IMG/VR virus record: IMGVR_UViG_2597489870_000002
Span: 1-44,053 of that record
From: a virus
Lineage: Duplodnaviria; Heunggongvirae; Uroviricota; Caudoviricetes
DNA: 44,053 nt
Strand: one strand, 5' to 3'
Shown here: positions 35,656 to 43,537 of the stretch, in pieces
How positions within the stretch are numbered: the first letter of the stretch is position 1
Layout: every line of letters begins with the position of its first letter
Notes under the pieces: model-generated
What the model was told of the DNA's origin: nothing
The model's input: only the letters and a program-made list of their open reading frames with translations
Database searches by the model: none
Translations under genes and position numbers: made by a program

Positions 35656-35675
35656 AACTGTATATTTATACAGTA
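35656..35675. promoter_or_regulatory. LexA (SOS) box
   Basis: AACTGTATATTTATACAGTA matches 18/20 positions of TACTGTATATATATACAGTA, with CTGT-N8-ACAG intact. It lies 20-39 nt upstream of the 85-aa gene's start. Confidence 0.8.
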
Positions 35676-35711
35676 TCAAATAATTTGTTTGCTATCCAGC
35701 ACGTTTTGCGA

Positions 35712-35783
35712 ATCACCTGAAAGGTAATATCTGTTCGTATTTATGGGTTATCTATCCATATGTGGTTTTTCAGGTAATAGAAT
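35712..35783 (+). promoter_or_regulatory. Palindrome, ATGTGGTT box and -10-like element upstream of the tailspike gene
   Basis: ATCACCTGAAAGGTAAT (35712-35728). ATGTGGTT (35760-35767), N5, GGTAAT (35773-35778), overlapping TAGAAT (35778-35783). Confidence 0.55.
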
Positions 35784-36635
35784 AACCGGATATGCGGCGC
35801 AACGGGTGCTGCGACTATCTGGAGATTTAACATGACGGTCTCAACCGAAGTTGACCACAACGAATACACAGGTAACGGCGTTACGACATCATTTCCTTAT
35901 ACCTTTAGGGTTTTCAATAAATCTGATCTGGTAGTGCAGGTGATTGACCCTGACGAGAATATCACTGTGCTGGCTCTTGATACTGATTACACGGTGACGG
36001 GGGCTGGAGGATATACTGGCGGGAATGTCATCCTCACAACTGCTCTGGAGAATGGATTTCGTATTTCGATAGCACGTGAACTCCCAGTTACGCAGGAAAC
36101 CGATCTGCGCAATCAAGGCAAGTTCTTTGCAGAGGTGCATGAGGATGCTTTTGATAAGTTAACTATGCTGCTTCAACAGGTTAGAAGTTGGTTTAGTCTG
36201 GCGCTGCGCAAGCCGTCGTTTGTCGCAAACTACTATGATGCTCTTGGTAACTACATCCGCAATCTTCGTGACCCGTCACGTCCTCAGGATGCGGCCACCA
36301 AGAATTATGTCGACTCACTGGCAAGCATTAATCTGTCTAAAACGCTGAGAATGCCAGAGGCAGTACCAGAGCTTCCAAGCGCTGAGCTGAGAAAAAACAA
36401 AATTGTAGCAATGGATGATTCAGGAAATCCTATCATGGTTCTGCCTGAATCTGGTTCCGCTTCAGATGTAATGATTCAACTTGCATCAAGCAATGGTTTA
36501 AAGTTTATAGGTGATGTTCAGTCTGTTATAAAATTAAATGATGCTATCGGAAACATAGGTGATAAGATTTTTTTAAAGTCTTATGTTGAAGGTGAGAATA
36601 AAGGTGGTGGGATTCTTGTTGCTGTTGATAACTCA

Positions 36636-36643
36636 CTATTAGC
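36636..36643. repeat. Target-site duplication, left copy
   Basis: CTATTAGC, identical to 39343-39350. Confidence 0.9.
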
Positions 36644-36696
36644 GTAACCGGCTCATTTAAACCGTCTGGTCTGTTTCCTCCGGCTCTACAAAAATA

Positions 36697-37374
36697 ATGT
36701 CCATCATTTTTAATGGACACTATCGTATGAAACACCGGACCTGGATCACTGAAGCTTTACGTCTTCACTTTGAAGAACATTTACCCCGGGTTGTGGCCGG
36801 GCGTCGCCTGGGTGTACCAAAATCAACAGTTTGTAGTATGTTCGTGCGCTTTCGGAGAGCTGGCCTTTCGTGGCCTTTGCCCGCAGGCATGTCGGAGCAG
36901 GAACTTGATGCCTGCCTTTACGGACAATTTTCCACGGTACCAGTCGTACGTCCTGAAAGCACCGTTATATCCGAAGCCCCCGTGGTAAAAAAACGTCCCC
37001 GGCGGCCCAACTTCCCTTATGAGTTTAAAATCGCCTTAGTGGAGCAGTCACTGCAGCCCGGAGCCTGTGTGGCGCAGATCGCCCGGGAAAACGGAATCAA
37101 CGATAACCTGCTCTTCAACTGGCGCCATCAATACCGGAAAGGTGGCCTGCTGCCTTCCGGAAAAAATATGCCGGCACTGCTTCCCGTGACGTTAACGCCG
37201 GAGCCGGATAATAAAATCCCGGCCCCCGCACAGGAACCAGAGCAGATAAATACACCGTCCGACAGTCTGTGTTGTGAGCTGGTTCTGCCGGCCGGAACTC
37301 TCAGGCTTAAAGGTAAACTGACGCCGGCGTTATTACAGACACTTATCCGCGAAATAAAAGGGAGCAGCCACTGA
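36697..37374 (+). CDS. tnpA: IS66-family accessory protein TnpA (orfA)
   Basis: RRPNFPYEFKIALVEQSLQPGACVAQIARENGINDNLLFNWRHQYRKG. The start is uncertain (an alternative ATG lies at 36727). Confidence 0.75.
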   Translation: MSIIFNGHYRMKHRTWITEALRLHFEEHLPRVVAGRRLGVPKSTVCSMFVRFRRAGLSWPLPAGMSEQELDACLYGQFSTVPVVRPESTVISEAPVVKKRPRRPNFPYEFKIALVEQSLQPGACVAQIARENGINDNLLFNWRHQYRKGGLLPSGKNMPALLPVTLTPEPDNKIPAPAQEPEQINTPSDSLCCELVLPAGTLRLKGKLTPALLQTLIREIKGSSH

Positions 37375-37721
37375 TGATATCTCTCCCTGCAGGTTCGCGT
37401 ATCTGGCTGGTTGCAGGTATCACCGATATGCGAAATGGCTTTAACGGCCTGGCATCAAAAGTTCAGAACGTCCTGAAGGATGACCCGTTCTCCGGACACC
37501 TGTTCATCTTCCGCGGACGCCGGGGTGACCAGATAAAAGTGTTGTGGGCTGACAGTGACGGACTGTGCCTCTTCACCAAACGCCTGGAGCGGGGCCGCTT
37601 CGTCTGGCCAGTCACCCGTGACGGCAAGGTGCACCTTACTCCGGCTCAGTTATCCATGCTTCTTGAAGGTATCAACTGGAAGCACCCGAAACGAACGGAA
37701 CGCGCTGGAATCCGCATATAA
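37374..37721 (+). CDS. tnpB: IS66-family TnpB (orfB)
   Basis: 115 aa. ..RIWLVAGITDMRNGFNGLASKVQ..DPFSGHLFIFRGRRGDQIKVLWAD is the classic IS66 orf2. ATGA-type coupling to orfA. Confidence 0.9.
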   Translation: MISLPAGSRIWLVAGITDMRNGFNGLASKVQNVLKDDPFSGHLFIFRGRRGDQIKVLWADSDGLCLFTKRLERGRFVWPVTRDGKVHLTPAQLSMLLEGINWKHPKRTERAGIRI

Positions 37722-37740
37722 CCCGTTGTAAAGTGAGGAT

Positions 37741-39312
37741 ATGGACACCTCACTTGCTCATGAGAACGCCCGCCTGCGGGCACTGTTGCAGACGCAACAG
37801 GACACCATCCGCCAGATGGCTGAATACAACCGCCTGCTCTCACAGCGGGTGGCGGCTTATGCTTCCGAAATCAACCGGCTGAAGGCGCTGGTTGCGAAAC
37901 TGCAACGTATGCAGTTCGGTAAAAGCTCAGAAAAACTTCGTGCAAAAACCGAACGGCAGATACAGGAAGCACAGGAGCGAATCAGCGCACTTCAGGAAGA
38001 AATGGCGGAAACGCTGGGTGAGCAATATGACCCGGTACTGCCATCCGCCCTGCGCCAGTCTTCAGCCCGTAAACCGTTACCGGCCTCACTTCCCCGTGAA
38101 ACCCGGGTTATCCGGCCGGAAGAGGAATGCTGTCCTGCCTGTGGTGGTGAACTCAGTTCTCTGGGATGTGATGTGTCAGAGCAACTGGAGCTTATCAGCA
38201 GCGCCTTTAAGGTTATCGAAACACAACGTCCGAAACAGGCCTGTTGCCGGTGCGACCATATCGTGCAGGCACCAGTACCTTCAAAACCCATTGCACGCAG
38301 TTATGCCGGAGCGGGGCTTCTGGCCCATGTTGTCACCGGGAAATATGCAGACCATCTGCCGTTATACCGCCAGTCAGAAATATACCGTCGTCAGGGAGTG
38401 GAGCTGAGCCGTGCCACACTGGGGCGCTGGACAGGTGCTGTTGCTGAACTGCTGGAGCCGCTGTATGACGTCCTGCGCCAGTATGTGCTGATGCCCGGTA
38501 AAGTCCATGCTGATGATATCCCCGTCCCGGTCCAGGAGCCGGGCAGCGGTAAAACCCGGACAGCCCGGCTGTGGGTCTACGTCCGTGATGACCGTAACGC
38601 CGGTTCACAGATGCCCCCGGCGGTCTGGTTCGCGTACAGTCCGGACCGGAAAGGTATCCATCCACAAAATCACCTGGCCGGTTACAGCGGTGTGCTTCAG
38701 GCCGATGCTTACGGTGGTTACCGGGCGTTATACGAATCCGGCAGAATAACGGAAGCCGCGTGTATGGCTCATGCCCGGAGAAAAATCCACGATGTGCATG
38801 CAAGAGCGCCCACCTACATCACCACGGAAGCCCTGCAGCGTATCGGTGAACTGTATGCCATCGAGGCAGAGGTCCGGGGCTGTTCAGCAGAACAGCGTCT
38901 GGCGGCAAGAAAAGCCAGAGCCGCGCCACTGATGCAGTCACTGTATGACTGGATACAGCAACAGATGAAAACACTGTCGCGTCACTCAGATACGGCAAAA
39001 GCGTTCGCATACCTGCTGAAACAGTGGGATGCACTGAACGTGTACTGCAGTAATGGCTGGGTGGAAATCGACAACAACATCGCAGAGAACGCCTTACGGG
39101 GAGTGGCCGTAGGCCGGAAAAACTGGATGTTCGCGGGTTCCGACAGCGGTGGTGAACATGCGGCGGTGTTGTACTCGCTGATCGGCACATGCCGTCTGAA
39201 CAATGTGGAGCCAGAAAAGTGGCTGCGTTACGTCATTGAACATATCCAGGACTGGCCGGCAAACCGGGTACGCGATCTGTTGCCCTGGAAAGTTGATCTG
39301 AGCTCTCAGTAA
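37741..39312 (+). CDS. tnpC: IS66-family transposase TnpC (orfC)
   Basis: 523 aa with an N-terminal leucine-zipper-like coil, a CPACGG zinc motif and a DDE-type core (..LQADAYGGY..). Confidence 0.9.
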   Translation: MDTSLAHENARLRALLQTQQDTIRQMAEYNRLLSQRVAAYASEINRLKALVAKLQRMQFGKSSEKLRAKTERQIQEAQERISALQEEMAETLGEQYDPVLPSALRQSSARKPLPASLPRETRVIRPEEECCPACGGELSSLGCDVSEQLELISSAFKVIETQRPKQACCRCDHIVQAPVPSKPIARSYAGAGLLAHVVTGKYADHLPLYRQSEIYRRQGVELSRATLGRWTGAVAELLEPLYDVLRQYVLMPGKVHADDIPVPVQEPGSGKTRTARLWVYVRDDRNAGSQMPPAVWFAYSPDRKGIHPQNHLAGYSGVLQADAYGGYRALYESGRITEAACMAHARRKIHDVHARAPTYITTEALQRIGELYAIEAEVRGCSAEQRLAARKARAAPLMQSLYDWIQQQMKTLSRHSDTAKAFAYLLKQWDALNVYCSNGWVEIDNNIAENALRGVAVGRKNWMFAGSDSGGEHAAVLYSLIGTCRLNNVEPEKWLRYVIEHIQDWPANRVRDLLPWKVDLSSQ

Positions 39313-39342
39313 ATATCAATACGGTTCTGACGAGTCGCTTAC

Positions 39343-39350
39343 CTATTAGC
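39343..39350. repeat. Target-site duplication, right copy
   Basis: CTATTAGC. Confidence 0.9.
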
Positions 39351-40848
39351 AGATGATATAGTTATATTTAATGGTAATGGAGTGAAATGGAGACGTCTAT
39401 TTTTTACTGGTGAAGTAACTGTATTCGACGCTGGTTATACAGGCTCTGGCGACATTGCTCAATATATAAACAAAATAAATTCAGCAGGATATGACTGCGT
39501 TATTCCATGCTCAGGTGATTTTTCGAGTGCTATTGCAATAGATGTAAGCAAGGGCAGCGTAAGGGGGGTAAATAAATGCATACTTACCGAGATTCCAGGC
39601 GTATCTGGAGATTATGCGCTGACGATTGTTAACTCAAATACAGATTATGCTGACCGTGATGCAATTAATGCTACAGCTATCATTGACGGAGTAGCATTTA
39701 ATTTCATGGGCACCAAAAAAGTTGGTTTGGGAGGGGTAGGTACTGGGGATCTTTCAGAGTTGCGGATCAGTAACGTGGGTATGATTGGTTCCGCTGGTGT
39801 AGAATTCCTGGAAAATTCATATCGTTTGATGTTCGATAAATTTGCTATATCGAGAAGCTTTACCAACACTATCATTTTTAACTCGCCAGCAAATTCTGGT
39901 GAGGTTATTAAATTCAGTCACGGTTGGATGGTTGATAATGGTGGACCGCTAACATTTAATAACGGTCAATTTATTTTTGACTCATGCTCAATGCCTGCCG
40001 GGAAGAAAGTGGGTTATTTAGAGCCAAGTGTAATTATGCATGGCAACGCTCACGTTGTTTATGCTAACGGTAATGTCGAATTCCAGCCCGGGCAGAGCTT
40101 TGTAGCCTTTGTTGTGGATGGCAGTTCAAGGCTGTCAATCAAGGACACCACCATACTTACGCCTACTGGTTATTCAGCCATACCAATAATCGCAAATGAT
40201 GATGGGGTTGTGTCACTGACAAACTGCTCTCTTCCATTATATGACCAGAAGGATCTGGCTGCTGGCGCTGCTACTCGTCAAGTGATTGGTGGAAATAGTA
40301 AGAAGGTTATCTCCCGTGGATGCTACCCTCGGGCAGGTTTTATAACATCCAACTGGGATAAGGGTAATATAGTTAGTCCATTTATCAACGCGCTAAGTAA
40401 TGGTAGTGGTCAGTTCTCAAACTATTCCAACTGGGTTTTGGCACAAAAAGGTACAGGTGTCGTAACTGCGGGTACTGATACGGATGTCCCTAACACTGTT
40501 ATGTTTTCCAGATCACTGTATGTGAATATTCCATCGGTTGGGGCTGCTGCTGATTTTTATCAGGAATGCTTAGAATGCGAGCCAGGGCGGTATTTCCAGT
40601 TAGGTTTCTGGGCTAAAAATCAAGTTACAACAATTTCTGGAATTGAATTTTTTGATAAAGAAGGTAACTCAGTACAAGGTAAAGGAACATTTACAATTCC
40701 AACTGGTTCTACATTTAATTTCTACGCATTAATAGATGTTGTTCCTCCTGGTGCAAGTAAGGTTAGGATTGGATTTGATGTATCAGGATCGGTTGGTTCT
40801 CTTCATATCCATAATGCTATTTATGGATTGATATAAACACTAAATTTC

Positions 40849-40908
40849 CTTACCTTTAAGGTAAAGATTTTAAGATGCATTTAAGGTAATTATTACTCAT
40901 ATATGGTT
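40849..40908 (+). promoter_or_regulatory. Palindrome and ATATGGTT box upstream of the lysis cassette
   Basis: CTTACCTTTAAGGTAAA (40849-40865). GGTAATTATTACT (40885-40897) is the same 13-mer as at 12585-12597. ATATGGTT (40901-40908), then TGTGTATGAT. Confidence 0.5.
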
Positions 40909-40970
40909 TATTGTGTATGATGAACTCACCAACTAAGGGGGTTCATTATGCGCAGTAAACGGTGGTTGAT

Positions 40971-41375
40971 ATGTCAGCTCAGCTAACCAGTGAGTCTTTA
41001 AATCAGTGGCTTAGTATGGGTTCTCTGGCTGCGGTTATCGCCGGAGTTCCTCCCGAGGTGGCTCTTGGTGCTTTATCAGGCGCGGTAATATTTATTACCT
41101 CTGCCGTTGAGTACCCAATACGCCGCCGGGTTCTTCTGTCGATGCTCAGCTTTCTATGCGGGCTTCTATTCTACAAACCAACTGCATCAATCCTTATCGG
41201 CGTAGCCAGCCTGATCCCAACTATCACGCAGGATTCATTCGAGAAAGGGATCGTCTTCTCTGCTGGCGCGTTCGTGTCGGCAATCGTCGCAGTACGTATT
41301 GGTATCTGGCTCTATCACCGTTCCGACAATCCACGCGATTTAATCCCGGGGAGAAAAGACGATGACAACTCATGA
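40971..41375 (+). CDS. Holin candidate (multi-TM)
   Basis: 134 aa from the ATG at 40971 (an alternative GTG start lies at 40962). Three to four TM segments and a charged C-terminus. First gene of the lysis cassette. Confidence 0.65.
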   Translation: MSAQLTSESLNQWLSMGSLAAVIAGVPPEVALGALSGAVIFITSAVEYPIRRRVLLSMLSFLCGLLFYKPTASILIGVASLIPTITQDSFEKGIVFSAGAFVSAIVAVRIGIWLYHRSDNPRDLIPGRKDDDNS

Positions 41376-41670
41376 GCTGCTTTTACTCATTGCCAATGCG
41401 GTTATCTGTTCTGCGATAGCAATCCGCGTCGGAACCTTCCGGCGTAATGGATCGCAACACCGGCGGTGGGGTGGGTGGATAGCCTACTTCCTTATCGTAG
41501 CGTCAGCCAGCATCCCCGTACGCGCCGCATATGCAATCTGGTATCACACACCAATGGTCGCTGATTTATCAGAGGTAATTATCAATGCTGTCATGCTTGC
41601 CGCCGTTCTGAAGACGCGCGGTAACGTCGTGCAGATATTTAAAATATCGAGGTCTCAACATGGACATTAA
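41362..41670 (+). CDS. Second holin/antiholin-like membrane protein
   Basis: 102 aa with three TM segments. Overlaps both neighbouring genes. Confidence 0.6.
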   Translation: MTTHELLLLIANAVICSAIAIRVGTFRRNGSQHRRWGGWIAYFLIVASASIPVRAAYAIWYHTPMVADLSEVIINAVMLAAVLKTRGNVVQIFKISRSQHGH

Positions 41671-42286
41671 CCAGTTCCGGCGGGCAGCCGGTATTACTGA
41701 ACAACAGGCCACGCGCTGGTATTCACATATCTCCGCAGCCATGAAAGAGTTTGGCATTACCAAGCCAGATGATCAGGCGATGTTTATTGCGCAGGTCGGG
41801 CATGAGTCAGGAGGGTTTACTCGGTTACAGGAGAACTTCAACTACAACGTAAACGGGCTGTCCGGGTTTATCCGCGCCGGACGCATCACTCAGGACCAGG
41901 CCAACGCGCTGGGCCGAAAAACATATGAGAAGTCTCTGCCTCTGGAACGCCAGCGCGCGATCGCCAACCTAGTGTACAGCAAGCGCTACGGTAACAATGC
42001 GCCTGGTGATGGATGGAAATACCGTGCGCGTGGACTCATCGGTATTACGTTCCTCGATAACTACCGGGATTGCGGAAACGGTCTGAAGGTTGATCTGGTA
42101 GCACAGCCTGAACTGCTAGCGCAGGATGAGTATGCGGCCCGCAGCGCGGCGTGGTTCTTCGCCACTAAAGGCTGCATGAAGTACACCGGAGACATGGTGC
42201 GTGTAACGCAGATCATCAATGGCGGCCAGAACGGTATCGACGACCGGCGCGCGCGGTACATCACCGCCAGCAAGGTGCTTTTATGA
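41660..42286 (+). CDS. Endolysin, glycoside hydrolase family 19 (chitinase-like)
   Basis: FIAQVGHESGGFTRLQENFNY..YGNNAPGDGWKYRARGLIGITFLDNY is the GH19 phage-lysin pattern. Confidence 0.85.
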   Translation: MDINQFRRAAGITEQQATRWYSHISAAMKEFGITKPDDQAMFIAQVGHESGGFTRLQENFNYNVNGLSGFIRAGRITQDQANALGRKTYEKSLPLERQRAIANLVYSKRYGNNAPGDGWKYRARGLIGITFLDNYRDCGNGLKVDLVAQPELLAQDEYAARSAAWFFATKGCMKYTGDMVRVTQIINGGQNGIDDRRARYITASKVLL

Positions 42287-42765
42287 TCTGGGCGCTCGTC
42301 AAAGCGTACTGGAAACAGTTGCTTATCGTGTTGATGCTTGCTGCTCTGGTCATCAGTGGAGTTGTTGCCTGGAATGTACACGGCAGCCGCCAGTACGATG
42401 CTGGTTATGCAAAGGCAAAAGCAGACCGCAAAGCAGAAGATGATAAAGCTCGTCAGCACGACGAACAGGAGAAAGCGACCAATGAACGTGAAGCGCAGCA
42501 GAGGATCGACCAGGCGCGCAATGATGCTCTTGATGCTGCCGCTCGCGCTGGCAGGTTGCAGCAACAGCTCGTTGCCATCCGTGAGCAGCTCAGGCAGTAT
42601 AACGCCACTGTCGGCACTGGGTCGTCAGCCGCAGACACCGGAGTTTTGCTTACCGACGTGCTCAGCAAATCTCTCGAGCGAAACCGTCAGCTGGCAGAGT
42701 ACGCTGACCGGGCAGCCGAAGCCGGACGAGTCTGTGAAAAGCAGTACGATTCGTTGACCAGGTGA
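42283..42765 (+). CDS. Rz: i-spanin (Rz-like)
   Basis: 160 aa. N-terminal TM followed by a long coiled coil. ATGA overlap with the endolysin gene. Confidence 0.8.
   Translation: MIWALVKAYWKQLLIVLMLAALVISGVVAWNVHGSRQYDAGYAKAKADRKAEDDKARQHDEQEKATNEREAQQRIDQARNDALDAAARAGRLQQQLVAIREQLRQYNATVGTGSSAADTGVLLTDVLSKSLERNRQLAEYADRAAEAGRVCEKQYDSLTR
42482..42757 (+). CDS. Rz1: o-spanin (Rz1-like lipoprotein), embedded in the +1 frame of Rz
   Basis: Lipobox LALAGC|S followed by a Pro/Ser-rich mature part. AGGAG lies 10 nt before the ATG at 42482. Entirely inside the Rz gene. Confidence 0.75.
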   Translation: MNVKRSRGSTRRAMMLLMLPLALAGCSNSSLPSVSSSGSITPLSALGRQPQTPEFCLPTCSANLSSETVSWQSTLTGQPKPDESVKSSTIR

Positions 42766-42914
42766 CATGGCATTTTTCATGGTACTGATTTCCGGTGACG
42801 GTATATAAAACGGTACGGGAAAAATCAGGTTTAAGAAAGTTGTTACCAGTCAATTGCTTATGTTGTCCGTAAATAATTGAGTGGGAATGATTTGACCCTG
42901 CACTATGAATGAAC

Positions 42915-42944
42915 AAAACCCTCTGTTACTACAGAGGGTTTTTT
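42915..42944. terminator. Bidirectional rho-independent terminator at the prophage/host junction
   Basis: AAAACCCTCTG-TTACTA-CAGAGGGTTTT, with A-runs and T-runs on both sides. Confidence 0.8.
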
Positions 42945-42982
42945 ATCTTCAAGAATTATAGGATTGAAGTTACTAACATCGA

Positions 42983-43522
42983 TTAATTAAACCAGCTGTC
43001 CGATTTGTTCTCTTCTGCTTTGCCCACGCTTTTCATCAGATCGCGACCGCCTTCAGTCATATTTCTGTTGGCGTCAGCTTCAGATTGCACCACATCGGTT
43101 TGCGCAGCTTTGTGCTTCAGTTCCTGATCGATAAATTCGTTTTCTCGCTTAACGCGGGCTTCTTCTTTCGCCAGCGCCAGTTTTTGTTTCTGAATCTCTA
43201 AGCTGCGTAGCTCATCTTCATAACTTTGATCGCGTTTTTTGTCCGCAGAGGCTTCGGCGTCCAGTTTATCCTGACGAGCTTTCTTATTTGCCGCTGCCGT
43301 TGCCGCTCTTTTGTTAGCGGCGGCCTGGGCATTTGCGCGACGTTGCTTCTCTTGCTGGATTTCCCTGTTGCGCTCCGCGACCCATTCGTCATGCTGCCTT
43401 TGCTCTTCATTTTTACCTTGCTGTTCCGCTTCTGCGACAGCAGAGAGTTGATCCTGCAATGATGAGGCGATAGCCGGATAGCTTAAGGAGGCTAAGATGG
43501 CGCAAAGAAAAACTTTCTTCAT
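42983..43522 (-). CDS. yfgI: Host periplasmic coiled-coil protein, YfgI-like
   Basis: 179 aa with the signal peptide MKKVFLCAILASLSYPAIA. I recognise the sequence as E. coli YfgI from memory; this is unverified. Confidence 0.6.
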   Translation of the reverse strand: MKKVFLCAILASLSYPAIASSLQDQLSAVAEAEQQGKNEEQRQHDEWVAERNREIQQEKQRRANAQAAANKRAATAAANKKARQDKLDAEASADKKRDQSYEDELRSLEIQKQKLALAKEEARVKRENEFIDQELKHKAAQTDVVQSEADANRNMTEGGRDLMKSVGKAEENKSDSWFN

Positions 43523-43537
43523 GACTCCTCCTGATTA

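Larger units (their letters stand above)
36644..39342 (+). mobile_element. IS66-family insertion sequence (2699 bp)
   Basis: Three-ORF IS66 organisation. Imperfect terminal IRs, GTAACCGGCTCATTTAAACCGT versus the complement GTAAGCGACTCGTCAGAACCGT (16/22 match). Flanked by an 8-bp direct repeat. Confidence 0.9.
35832..40836 (+). pseudogene. Tailspike gene disrupted by an IS66-family insertion
   Basis: N-terminal fragment 35832..36647 (MTVSTEVDHNEYTGNGVTTSFPYTFRVF.., an epsilon15/phiV10-type tailspike N-terminal domain from memory). C-terminal fragment in frame from 39351 to 40836. Deleting the IS plus one TSD copy restores a 765-aa ORF. Confidence 0.85.

Noticed and set aside
15942-35777. The idea that ATGTGGTT boxes are start codons of MW(F/L) leader peptides
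   Set aside because: The reading frames stop after 5 codons at 15942 and 35760. The variants at 5725, 34549 and 40901 lack an ATG. The shared element is the DNA motif, not a peptide.
5698-40865. The repeated palindromes as a CRISPR array or a MITE family
   Set aside because: The copies are 17 bp long and irregularly spaced over 35 kb. Each is embedded in unique sequence and there are no flanking duplications. This is the pattern of protein-binding sites, not of an array or a mobile element.
42338-42481. Long N-terminal extension of the o-spanin ORF
   Set aside because: The lipobox signal sequence begins near M49/M62. The ATG at 42482 has an AGGAG upstream, so the upstream part is simply open frame inside Rz.
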